Shown here: positions 36,116 through 46,100 of the stretch, piece by piece
Numbering within the stretch: position 1 is the first letter of the stretch
Layout of the letters: every line of letters starts with the position of its first letter
Assembly: GCA_030741355.1 (NCBI GenBank)
Contig: JASLVM010000001.1
Span: forward strand, 76,087 to 140,086
Direction: 5' to 3'
DNA: 64,000 nt
Source of the DNA: Poseidonia sp.
Lineage (GTDB): Archaea > Thermoplasmatota > Poseidoniia > Poseidoniales > Poseidoniaceae
The notes under the pieces: model-generated
The model's input: only the letters and a program-made list of their open reading frames with translations
The model's database searches: none
Told to the model about the DNA's origin: nothing
Program-made: the position numbers and the translations under genes

Positions 36116-36123
36116 CTTTATAT
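36116..36123 (+). promoter_or_regulatory. Archaeal TATA box TTTATATG about 26 bp upstream of the crtI ATG at 36146. Leaderless.
   Basis: The TATA overlaps the alternative ATG at 36122, which argues that 36146 is the real start. Confidence 0.55.
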
Positions 36124-36145
36124 GCTCAATGAACGACGAGGTTTC

Positions 36146-37759
36146 ATGGCAGGAAGCGCGCGTCCAACAGTAGCAATCATCGGTGCCGGCCCGGGCGGTC
36201 TCGCCTCGGCTCTCTTGCTCGCCAAGTCCGGTGTTGATGTCACGGTGTTCGAGCGTTCATCGGCGGTCGGAGGACGAAACAAGGTCTTTGACCGAGACGG
36301 GTTCAAATTTGACCTTGGCCCCACCTTTTTCCACTACCCGGAAGTCATTGAAGACATCTTCAAGGCCATTGGCATGGACGCTCACGAGGAGTTGAATCTC
36401 CACCGACTCGACATGAACTATCGCCTTATTTTCGGCCAAGGTGGCCAACTGGATTGCACCAGCGACCTTGACGAAATGACCGAGCGTATTCGTGGCCTGT
36501 CAGGCGACAGCAACGCCAACGCCTTCCGTCGCTACGTGGTTGACAACCGACTCAAACTGGAGAAATCAAAGGCCTGCCTCCAGGAGCCATGGTACGGGGC
36601 AACCGACCTTCTCTCCAAGCGAGCCATGCGAGTCGCCACTGTGCTTCGCCCCCAACGTTCGGTTGCTGGCGACCTGATGAAACTCTTCGACGATGACCGA
36701 CTCATGCTCGCCATGTCCTTCCAAACGAAGTACCTCGGCATGTCGCCCTTCAACTGCCCCAGCCTTTTCACCATGCTCGCTTTCCTCGAATACGAATACG
36801 GTATCTTCCACCCCATGGGTGGATTGGGAAGCGTCAGTGAGCGCATGGCCTCCATTGCCAGGGACTTGGGCGTCAACTTCCGCATGAACGAAGCCGTCGA
36901 GTCCGTGATCATGGACGGCAAGACCATCAAGGGCGTGCGCACCTCGCAAGGGGAATTCCACGCCGACAAGGTGGTCATGAACGCTGATTTCGCCAACGGC
37001 ATGACGCAATTGTTCCCCGACAAGGTTCGCAAGAAGTGGAGCAACAAGAAAATTGACAAGAAAAAGTACTCGTGTTCAACGTTCATGATGTATTTGGGCA
37101 TCGACAAAGTCTACGAAGACCTCCCCCACCACCAAATCTACGCTTCTGCCAACTACGAACAAAACCTCGAGGACATTGAGAAGAATCACAAATTGACTTG
37201 GGACGACCCGTCGGTCTATGTTCAGAACGCTTGTGTCGTTGACCCGAGCTTGGCTCCCGAAGGCTGCTCAACCGTTTACGCACTCGTCCCCGTGTCCCAT
37301 ATTCACGAAAACATTGACTGGGACAAGGAAAAAGACGCCTACCGGGACCGCATTCTTGACCAAATTGAAACCAAACTTGGCTACGAGAACCTCCGCGACC
37401 ACATCGTGACCGAGATGGTCATCACACCCGATGACTGGGGCGACCACTGTTATCGTGGTGCCGTGTTCAACCTCGCTCACGGCCTTGACCAAATGCTATG
37501 GCGCCGACCGAAGAACCAGTTCGATGAGATCAACAACCTCTACCTCGTCGGCGGCGGCACCCACCCCGGGAGCGGATTGCCCGTGATTTACGAGTCGGCT
37601 CGCATCAGCAGCAAACTCCTCCTTGACAGCCTCGGCATCATCCCCGATTGGAACGGCGTCGACACCTGGTTTGAGAGTCGTAAGCGTTCCAAGAAAGGTC
37701 GAGCGGCTCTTAACAAAACCTCAAAAGAACCGTCCAGCGGAACACCCACATCTGCATGA
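36146..37759 (+). CDS. crtI: Phytoene desaturase (CrtI-family FAD-dependent oxidoreductase).
   Basis: Dinucleotide-binding motif VAIIGAGPGGLASALLLAKSGVDVTVFER. CrtI-family length and C-terminal motifs. Confidence 0.85.
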   Translation: MAGSARPTVAIIGAGPGGLASALLLAKSGVDVTVFERSSAVGGRNKVFDRDGFKFDLGPTFFHYPEVIEDIFKAIGMDAHEELNLHRLDMNYRLIFGQGGQLDCTSDLDEMTERIRGLSGDSNANAFRRYVVDNRLKLEKSKACLQEPWYGATDLLSKRAMRVATVLRPQRSVAGDLMKLFDDDRLMLAMSFQTKYLGMSPFNCPSLFTMLAFLEYEYGIFHPMGGLGSVSERMASIARDLGVNFRMNEAVESVIMDGKTIKGVRTSQGEFHADKVVMNADFANGMTQLFPDKVRKKWSNKKIDKKKYSCSTFMMYLGIDKVYEDLPHHQIYASANYEQNLEDIEKNHKLTWDDPSVYVQNACVVDPSLAPEGCSTVYALVPVSHIHENIDWDKEKDAYRDRILDQIETKLGYENLRDHIVTEMVITPDDWGDHCYRGAVFNLAHGLDQMLWRRPKNQFDEINNLYLVGGGTHPGSGLPVIYESARISSKLLLDSLGIIPDWNGVDTWFESRKRSKKGRAALNKTSKEPSSGTPTSA

Positions 37760-37768
37760 GGGTTCACG

Positions 37769-38761
37769 ATGGGACAGCACACTCTTGAGCAGGCGTATGC
37801 GTATTGCGAAACGGTGTGTCGAAACGCCTCGACCACGTTCTATTCCTCCTTCAGCGCCCTTCAACCCGACAAACGCAGGGCGGTGCACGCCGTCTATGCC
37901 CTGTGCCGCTGGGTGGACGACATCGTTGACGGCGACGAAGAACCCACCATTCTCGAAACCCTCGAGTTGCGTCAAGCCACCGATGAGCGTCAACGCATCG
38001 TGGACGACATCCACGCAGGCACCTCGCCTTCGCTCACGCCCGACGAGCACCGACGACGCATGATGGCTCTTGTTGACATCCGTCTCAAACTGCATCAAGC
38101 AAGCGAACAAAGCATCTCCCAGAGCGACCATCCCATTTTCATCGCCCTGCAGGATGTTTTTCAGCGATACCCCATCAAACTCAACGACTTTGAAACCGTC
38201 ATCGAAGGAATGGAGGACGATTTGTACCCCGTAGCCAATCAAACGTGGGATGAATTGCGCTCATATTGCTACAAAGTCGCCTCTGCTGTTGGCCTCATTC
38301 TGATTGAAATCTATGGCTATGAAGACCGTGCTGCCCGCCTGCACGCCATCGACCTCGGCATCCAAATGCAACTCATCAACGTCCTGCGAGACATCAACGA
38401 AGACATGGAACGCGGACGAGTCTACCTTCCACTGGACATCCTTGACTCTCACAACATCACCACCGAAATGTTGCGTTCAGGAAACGTGGCCAACACGCTG
38501 GCATGGAAAGGCTTCATGGTGGAATACCTCGAAGTGATCAAGCGTCATCAATCCTCAGCCAATCAGCTGTTCGGCTACCTCGACGGCCGAGCCAGGGTAC
38601 AACCCGAGATCATGGCGGATGCGTACACCTCCATTCTCAGCGAAATTGTCCGCCGTTCGGGCGATGTGTTTTCCCACCCCGTGCGCCTGTCAAAGGTGCG
38701 CAAAGTCATGTTGGGCGTACGCTTGAGTTTGCGTAAACTCCGAGCCCGCATCTTCGCATGA
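37769..38761 (+). CDS. crtB: Phytoene synthase (squalene/phytoene synthase family).
   Basis: Asp-rich motifs CRWVDDIVDG and NVLRDINEDMERGRVYLP typical of CrtB. Confidence 0.85.
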   Translation: MGQHTLEQAYAYCETVCRNASTTFYSSFSALQPDKRRAVHAVYALCRWVDDIVDGDEEPTILETLELRQATDERQRIVDDIHAGTSPSLTPDEHRRRMMALVDIRLKLHQASEQSISQSDHPIFIALQDVFQRYPIKLNDFETVIEGMEDDLYPVANQTWDELRSYCYKVASAVGLILIEIYGYEDRAARLHAIDLGIQMQLINVLRDINEDMERGRVYLPLDILDSHNITTEMLRSGNVANTLAWKGFMVEYLEVIKRHQSSANQLFGYLDGRARVQPEIMADAYTSILSEIVRRSGDVFSHPVRLSKVRKVMLGVRLSLRKLRARIFA

Positions 38762-38768
38762 AGCCACA

Positions 38769-40247
38769 TCATTCCATGATGGGCGTCATCAAACCGAAGT
38801 CCTCGTAGAGACTTGGCCCCGCGGCCAAGTAATACACCGCACCGCGACCGTCTCTGGAATTTTCAGCCGTGGCGTTTTCGTTGGTTGCACATTCTCCCGT
38901 GCAGCCGTCGGCAAAGGCGACATAAACACGACCTTCTCGGTCAATGTGCAAATCGTTGAAGTCAAGCAGGTTTCGGTTGGAGCCGCCGATATCACGGCAG
39001 TCCCCTGAGTTCAAGCAAATCGAGCCCCGTTGAACCGGGTCATCGGTGACTCGATAGGTGTGGAAGATGGGCTCAGGGTCCAGAGCGTTGAGGCTGTAGG
39101 TGATGTAAAGATGGTAGCTGGCGTTGTTGGGAGCGTAGTGTGCGTTCCCGTCCCACGGGTTGCCGTCAATGTCGGACTGATTGAGCATCTCACCGTTTTC
39201 GCTGCCGAGGTAGGTGATGGCGATTCGTCCCGGGTCCCCCGCATCGGTTTGAGGAAACACCGATGAAATGACGCCGGCCGGAGAAATGCGGATGCTCTCC
39301 TGCTCCCATGTTTCACCTGAGTCGGTTGAGCGAGACATGTAAACGCCTTCATCAGCGCCCGTCCAGACGTGATAGGCGTTTGAGGCGGTGTCAGCGGATA
39401 CCTCCGAATTCTTTCGGGGATTTGGCGTGTTAACGTCCTCGCCCATGGTGCGCTCAAACCATGAGAAACCGTTGTCTTTGGAGACGATGACGGTTGGCGT
39501 AGCAACACGAGGCGTGACGTAAACCGTCCCGTCCGGCGCCGTCGAAATGGCACCGTGCAAACCCCCGTTGGTGGTCGCCAAACCGATGATTTGGCCACCG
39601 GTCTCAAAGGTAGCACCGCCATCGAAACTGGTGAAGCAGAAGATACCGGCCAACTTGTTGTAGCAATAATACACGGCGGTTTCGTAGAAACTACCCGTGA
39701 ATTGGCCCAGCGCCCCGTAGCCGCTGTCGGTCCACGGGCCACTGGCGAGTTTGATGTGGTCGTTGAGAGGGGTTGTACCCGAATCGTGGGGGTTGCCCAA
39801 CCATGTCTCGCCATCGTCGTCACTCCAGCAAATCCAGGAGGTTTCCAGGCCGATCATTTGGACGCCGAACACACGGTCCGTGATGGGGTCAACCCAACCG
39901 TACGGGTCGCTGGTGGTGGGGGAACACATGACGGGGTCTTGGGTTTCCTCCCATGCGGCACCGCCGTCACACGAGCGCATCACTTTCTCCATGGCGATGA
40001 AGAAAATGCAACCGCTGGAGGTGATGCCGATGCTGGGCTCTTTGCCCGTTTCACCAACGTCGCTGAACTGGAAGGTCATCTCCACCGGGGGCATGTCGAC
40101 CGGTTCTCCATAGCGGTCGGTGACAAAGATTCGGGGGGAGACCTGTTCTTCTTCGACCGTTGGAGGAGTCACGGTTTCTTCACCGAAACATCCTGAGAGC
40201 GAGAGGGTGATGACCATCAAAGAGAGGAAGAGTGCGCGCCCTTGCAT
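38769..40247 (-). CDS. BNR/Asp-box repeat lipoprotein (sialidase-like beta-propeller).
   Basis: Lipobox LSLSGC. Asp-box repeats SCDGGAAWEE, SDDDGETWLG, SFDGGATFE, SKDNGFSWFE and STDSGETWEQ (SxDxGxTW). Confidence 0.75.
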   Translation of the reverse strand: MQGRALFLSLMVITLSLSGCFGEETVTPPTVEEEQVSPRIFVTDRYGEPVDMPPVEMTFQFSDVGETGKEPSIGITSSGCIFFIAMEKVMRSCDGGAAWEETQDPVMCSPTTSDPYGWVDPITDRVFGVQMIGLETSWICWSDDDGETWLGNPHDSGTTPLNDHIKLASGPWTDSGYGALGQFTGSFYETAVYYCYNKLAGIFCFTSFDGGATFETGGQIIGLATTNGGLHGAISTAPDGTVYVTPRVATPTVIVSKDNGFSWFERTMGEDVNTPNPRKNSEVSADTASNAYHVWTGADEGVYMSRSTDSGETWEQESIRISPAGVISSVFPQTDAGDPGRIAITYLGSENGEMLNQSDIDGNPWDGNAHYAPNNASYHLYITYSLNALDPEPIFHTYRVTDDPVQRGSICLNSGDCRDIGGSNRNLLDFNDLHIDREGRVYVAFADGCTGECATNENATAENSRDGRGAVYYLAAGPSLYEDFGLMTPIME

Positions 40248-40294
40248 GATGCGGCGACCCTTCACCCACTAATGACCTTACGCTCACCGCATCT

Positions 40295-41560
40295 TCACGC
40301 TTCGTACAGCGAGTTGTAGATGGCTTCGTAGGCTTCGGCATTGTGCTCGTAAGTGAACCGGTCCAGCACCCGCTGTCGCCCTTTCTGCATCTGTGAGGTG
40401 CGTTCTTGAGGGTGGTCAAGGCAGTGGTTGACGGCCCGCGCCAAATCTTCGTGGTCGCCGCAGGCAAACAATCCACCCACTTCCTCGTCAATCATTTCCG
40501 TCAAGGGAGCTTGGTCGACCGTGACCACCGGCGTCCCGCTCGCCAAAGCCTCAAGCGGAATCAAGCCTTGTCCTTCGTAATAGGAGGGGTAAATCACGAG
40601 GTCAGCCGACCGGAAATGGAGGGCGAGTTGCTCGAAACTCATCCCGGGTTGAATGTGAACAGCGTGGGCGATGCCCAGACGCTTGGCCTGTTTCATCAAC
40701 GTCTTTCGCATGTGCCCGCGACCGATGATGACCAATCGAGCACCCGGGTGTTGCTTGAGAATGGAGGGCATGGAACGCAAAAGGGTTCGATGACCTTTCC
40801 GAGCCACGAGACGCCCGACGGCCAGGAGAAGTGGGGTTTTCGTGTCCGGCTGCCCCGTCAAGGCGGCTTCATCTGCGGCATCGTAGGACTTGCGAAGCGC
40901 TTCGTAGGCGAGTTGTTCCTCCTCGTGGTCGTGGTTCATGGGCCGGAACACCTTGTGGTCAACACCGTAGAGCACGGTTTCACAGACCCAATCCTCTGGC
41001 GGTTGATACCATTGCTCAAACTCTCTCCGTGTCGACTCGGAAATGGCCACGGAGACACTGGAATGTTCCACGCCTGCTTGCTCGTATTTCGCATAATAGC
41101 CTCCGGTCAGAAGAATGGCCAGGTCGTTCGGGTTCTTCCACGTCGCCGCTTCGTTATGACGGGCGGCCAATTTCATTCCCTCACGCTCTCCAATCCAACT
41201 GCCGTTGAGGGCTGAGACCACCGGGGCGATGTGCTCTTCCACCCAGAGGTATTCTTTGGCGGTCCAACTGACCAAGGGCAGAAGGGTGTGGACCACGTCC
41301 ACCGGTTTGACCTGATGAAGACGGCGGAGTTCGGTCAGGGCGTGCTTCCCGTAGGAGCGAGTGAAGGCCATCGGCGCCTTGAGCCAAGGCACCTGCAACA
41401 CGCTGACACCGGGTTGTTGCGGCGTGGGCTGTTGATGGGTGCGCGTGATGACGGTAACGTCATGCCCTCGCTGAGCGAGATGACCTGCCAAATGGTAGAC
41501 CACCGAGCCAATACCGCCCCAACGAGGAGGATACTCGCCCGAGACCATGGCGATGTGCAT
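40295..41560 (-). CDS. Glycosyltransferase family 4.
   Basis: N-terminus MHIAMVSGEYPPRWGGIGSVVY. C-terminal GT1/GT4 motif YPSYYEGQGLIPLEALASGTPVV. The start was set to the ATG at 41560. Confidence 0.8.
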   Translation of the reverse strand: MHIAMVSGEYPPRWGGIGSVVYHLAGHLAQRGHDVTVITRTHQQPTPQQPGVSVLQVPWLKAPMAFTRSYGKHALTELRRLHQVKPVDVVHTLLPLVSWTAKEYLWVEEHIAPVVSALNGSWIGEREGMKLAARHNEAATWKNPNDLAILLTGGYYAKYEQAGVEHSSVSVAISESTRREFEQWYQPPEDWVCETVLYGVDHKVFRPMNHDHEEEQLAYEALRKSYDAADEAALTGQPDTKTPLLLAVGRLVARKGHRTLLRSMPSILKQHPGARLVIIGRGHMRKTLMKQAKRLGIAHAVHIQPGMSFEQLALHFRSADLVIYPSYYEGQGLIPLEALASGTPVVTVDQAPLTEMIDEEVGGLFACGDHEDLARAVNHCLDHPQERTSQMQKGRQRVLDRFTYEHNAEAYEAIYNSLYEA

Positions 41561-41665
41561 GCAAACAACCACACGGAACCTGCATTTGAATGTCATTGAA
41601 ACCGGTGAGGCGATATGCACGCTTCCAGCCAAACCTTTGAAGGTCAATCCTCGGGTGGGGACATC

Positions 41666-42439
41666 ATGGGCGATGTGCTTCCGGTGTCCGTCACCGTGAT
41701 TTTGCCAACCCGAAACGAAGAGGAAGCCTTAGGCCCAACCATTGACGCCATCCCCCGTGGATGGTGCGAGGACCTCGAAATCATGATCGTTGACGGCAAC
41801 TCCTCCGACCGGACTCGAGAAATCGCTCTGGAAAAGGACATTCGTGTTCACTTGGAGCCCCGCAAGGGCTACGGCCGAGCCTATCGAACGGGCTTTGATG
41901 TGGCCAAAAACGACATCATCGTCACGATGGATGCGGATTGCACTTACCCCGCTGAACTGGTTCCTGAATTGGTCAAGCGCCTCCTTGACGACGACTTGGA
42001 CTTCATCACCTGCGACCGACTCTCTCTCGCAGAAGACGGTTCGATGTCTGGCCTGCACGGCTTTGGGAACTGGGTGCTTTCGTTCACGGCTCGCATGCTG
42101 TTCTGGTACGGCATCAAAGACTCCCAAACCGGAATGTGGGTGTTCAGAAAATCCATCTTTGAAAACGAGAAAATGCGACCCACCAACGACGGTATGCCGT
42201 TGAGTGAAGAGGTCAAAATCCTCGCTCGCCGCCACCTTGGCAAAAAGAAGGCCATTGAAATCTCCGTCCCCTACCGCCCTCGTGTCGGTGAAGCAGAAAT
42301 TCATACTTGGGGCGACGGGTGGAAGAACCTAAAATTCCTCTTCCTTCGTCGATTTGGCCTCCACCGAACGCGAACCGAGTGGGGTGGATTGGAAACCAAT
42401 CCTGATTCGACCAAGAACAACCTCCCCGAACAAGCGTGA
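41666..42439 (+). CDS. Glycosyltransferase family 2 (dolichyl-phosphate mannosyltransferase-like).
   Basis: VTVILPTRNEEEAL and DADCTYP (DxD) motifs. The start was set to the ATG at 41666, which has a GGTGGGG RBS. Confidence 0.75.
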   Translation: MGDVLPVSVTVILPTRNEEEALGPTIDAIPRGWCEDLEIMIVDGNSSDRTREIALEKDIRVHLEPRKGYGRAYRTGFDVAKNDIIVTMDADCTYPAELVPELVKRLLDDDLDFITCDRLSLAEDGSMSGLHGFGNWVLSFTARMLFWYGIKDSQTGMWVFRKSIFENEKMRPTNDGMPLSEEVKILARRHLGKKKAIEISVPYRPRVGEAEIHTWGDGWKNLKFLFLRRFGLHRTRTEWGGLETNPDSTKNNLPEQA

Positions 42440-43086
42440 GGGAATCCCTCATGGAATTCTGGCACAACCGTTGGGTTACCGAACAAATCGGTTGGCATCG
42501 TTCAGAGGTCAACGAGATGTTGGTCAAGCACTGGTCATGCCTCAATCTTGCTCCAGACGCAGAAGTGCTCGTACCGTTGTGTGGGAAGTCTCTCGATATG
42601 GTATGGCTCGCCGAACAAGGCCACAAGGTGGTTGGTCTCGAGTTGGTTGAGCGGGCCGTTGAGTCGTTCTTTCTTGAACGCAACATGCAACCTGAAAAAG
42701 TAACTAAAGGCCAACATGTGCGGTACAAAAGCCCCCCGTTTACCGTGATGCAAGGCGATTTATTTGCGCTCAAGACGAACACGTTCCGGGCCGATGCGTG
42801 GTACGATAGGGCAGCGATGATCGCTCTCCCTGATGCTTCGCGAGCAGCCTACGTTGACCAACTTCGTCAGCAAACCAAAGCCGGTGCGGTTGGATTGCTC
42901 ATCACGTATGCCTACCCTCAACACGAAATGGACGGGCCACCGTTCGCTCTTCACGACGACGATGTCCGACGGTTTTACGCCGAAGGATTTGACCTTGAAC
43001 AACTTGAACAGGTCGAACTTGAAGATGAACGGGGACGGGGCCTCTCAAGCATCACGTTGAGCGTGTTCAAAATCACTCGAACTTGA
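42436..43086 (+). CDS. tpm: Thiopurine S-methyltransferase (TPMT) family SAM-dependent methyltransferase.
   Basis: FWHNRWVTEQIGWH...VLVPLCGKSLDMVWLAEQGHKVVGLELVERAV matches the TPMT family N-terminal signature. Confidence 0.7.
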   Translation: MRESLMEFWHNRWVTEQIGWHRSEVNEMLVKHWSCLNLAPDAEVLVPLCGKSLDMVWLAEQGHKVVGLELVERAVESFFLERNMQPEKVTKGQHVRYKSPPFTVMQGDLFALKTNTFRADAWYDRAAMIALPDASRAAYVDQLRQQTKAGAVGLLITYAYPQHEMDGPPFALHDDDVRRFYAEGFDLEQLEQVELEDERGRGLSSITLSVFKITRT

Positions 43087-43113
43087 GTGCTCTTTGAGAA
43101 ACTGGCTTGCTGG

Positions 43114-46100
43114 TCAATCAAGGTCGAGGTCCAACTCGAGTTCTTCTTGAACTTCTTGCGTGCCATCCATGGCGTTTCCTTCAACAGAAGGCACGTCTTT
43201 GGGACCGTTTTCAGAAGCAGCACTTGGGGCTCTGAAGGCGTCCCATGAAGTCAACAATTCAAGTTCCTCGTTGGCTCGACGACGTCGGGAAACGAGGTAG
43301 GCCACAAAGCCAGCAAGACTGACGAAACCCAAAGCGGAGGTCGCCAGGAGGAGGCCACGGGCATCGCTTTCCGGGGCTTCAACAATGAGGTTTCTCGACA
43401 TGAAGTCAATGTTGGCGCTCTCGCCGACACCGTCCTTTGCAGTGATTTTCAGCAGGGGTCGGCCCGTGGTTTCGGGTCGCCATTCAATGAGGCCTTCCCA
43501 GACGCCATCGCCATCATCATCGCTCAGGTTGGCTTCCCATTCTTGGAGACCAAAGGTGATTTTCACTCGGACATCGTCCGTCGTACCGTCAGGGTCGCTG
43601 AGCCCAACCCGGACCGTCAGCCTGTTGACTTCATCTTGAGTGAAGGTCTCTGAGCTGAGCACCAAGGAATTCCTGTCAAGGGAGGGAAGACTGGACTGGA
43701 TGGTGATGTTGACGTGCTGTTCTACCGAATTCCCTCGGGCATCTTCGACGTAGAGTGAAAGGTGGTATTCACCAGGCAACAATCCCGTCAACTCCTCCAT
43801 GGACCGTGTAGAGAGGACTTCGGGTTCGCTCAACTCGTCGCTCCAGCGCCGCCACTCCCTGACCGTGAGGTCGTTGTCAGCGTCGTAGGAGGCTTCCTCG
43901 AGCAACACCGCACCGCCGGGCTCGATGGATTGCCGGTTTTCTGGCGAAATCATCACGAGAACGGGACCGGATTCAACGACGGTCAGCGAGAAGGTCTCGT
44001 CTCGTGTTGCCCCGGTGGTGTCGGTCAACGTGGCCGTCATGATATGCTCACCTGCGCCTAAGGAGAAGGCATGCTGTCCCTCCGGGTCAACGTCCACCAG
44101 AAGCGGTTCACTTTCTTCGGATGAACGCAGTGTGATGGTGAAGTTGTCCCCGTCGTAATCCACGCTTTCAGAGGCATCAAACATGAACGTCGTGGATGAA
44201 GGGTGGACCGTACCCGCCTGCGGACTGACCAACCCGAGCACGGGTGCTGACTCGGTCACGGTGACCGTCATCGAGACTTCTACGGGGTCGTGAATACCGT
44301 CATCGACACTCAGCGTGATGAGGTGATTGCCGGCCGTCAAGCGTTCTTCGAACAGGAGCCAATCCTCGCCTTCAGGCGTCAACCGGCCGTCAAGATTGCT
44401 CGTCCAAGTGACCACGAGGAATTCCGAACCGGTGGCCGGCTCGAACGGCGCACAAATCCATGTCCCGTCGGTGGGGAACGTGGAACAGGATGCATCGTAA
44501 TCGCCCGAACCGTTGGCCGAGAAGGAAATCAATTCTGAACTGTCGAACGTTTGGGCCAGCGGTGAAGCGATGATCGCCACCGGCTCGGCGTTGTCAACCG
44601 TGAGCAGAAGAGAGGTGGATTTGCTCTGGTTGGCGTGTTCGGCACGATCGTCGGTGACCTCCATCGTGATGGTGTGAACGCCACGAGAGAGGTAACCTTC
44701 CCAAACCAAGCCGTCGGTGGAAAGCACACCGTCGAGCGAGGAGGTGAACATCACGCTGAGCGCGTCACCTTCGGGATCAACCGTGGTCGAACCGTCAAGG
44801 GTCACCATGGCCGCACTGCTGTCGTCGGAGCGGTCAACGGTGAAGATGGGGTCGGGAATTTCGTTGTACAGCATCACAGGGACGGTGTACGATGCGTTGT
44901 TGCCTACGGCATCAAAAGCGAGCACGGTCAATGTAGCGGAGGTTGGAGGCTCTTCAGTGGTGTAGTCAAAGGTGTACGTGAGTTCATTTGGACACACCCA
45001 CTGGTTATCCCAACCCGCACCCTCCCCGTTGAAATCAATGACGCATGCGAAATCGTCACCTTCGGGGTCGTAGGTTCCGGTGGTGTTGATGGTGAGGGTG
45101 CCCGTTTGCGGCATGATAAGTTCGCTCCATGGGTTGAGAGAAGGTTCGAAATCAACCGCCAACACCGGTGCGAAATTGACCAGTTCAATCGTCCGAGTTT
45201 CTGCAACGCAATGGCCGAAGTCGCAGACCTGCAGGGTGATTTCGTGAATGCCGTCTGAGAGTTGGCAGTACGGCGGCACCTGTGTAAAGGGTTCGCCGTT
45301 GGCGAGGAACGGGGCCCCGTTCGAGGGGTGGTCATTGCCGTGGAAAACACCGGCACAATTCGCAACGATGTCGTCATCCAGTGAACTGCGCCACTTGAAA
45401 TCCATGCTGTCGTTGTCGAGGTCCCATGTATCGCTGGCGTTGAAGAACACCTCGGCCCCCGACGGGAAGACGGCCCCGTCCTCAGGAGTTGACCAGAAAA
45501 TGAACGGCGCTTGGTTCGCCAAAGGTAGGTGGCAATAGACGACGCGGTCTTGGTCAAGGGTGGTGGAGGTTGAGTTGGAGACGCCAAAGTACCCACAATC
45601 GATGTTGGCGACGTTGTACGAACTGCCGCCGGTGGACGTCCATCGTTGACCGATGAAATCAGGAAGGAACAACTGCCCGATCATGCTTGCAGGATCGGTA
45701 AGGGCCGGTTCAAAAGCGTCGTACGTGACGTTCACATAAGCAGCAGGAATACCGTTCGAGAAGTTGTTCACAACCCAGACCGTCAAGTCCCAAGCAACAT
45801 CAATCTGGGCGCCGGAAGCGATCACGGCCGATGCATAAGCAACATCGACAGGTCGGTGCAAGTGCAGCGTCGAGGAAGCGTCGAGGTCCAACATGGTCGG
45901 ATTCCCTGACGCTCCACGGTCATCGGTTAACACCGACCAGTTCACTTGGCTGTTCGTGAAGGTGATCCCACCCGTGCAGTCGGTTGAGATACGGTTGCTG
46001 TGGCCTCCGAGCGAAGCGTGACCGTCGAACACCGCACAGTCGGTTCCCGAAAAGACAGAATTGTTGAGAGAGGAAGCGAACTGACCGTTGTTGTCGCCTC

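Noticed and set aside
36122-36145. Alternative crtI start at 36122.
   Set aside because: The TTTATATG TATA box sits at 36116-36123 and overlaps that ATG. Canonical 26-bp spacing points to 36146, which also has a GAGG RBS-like element.
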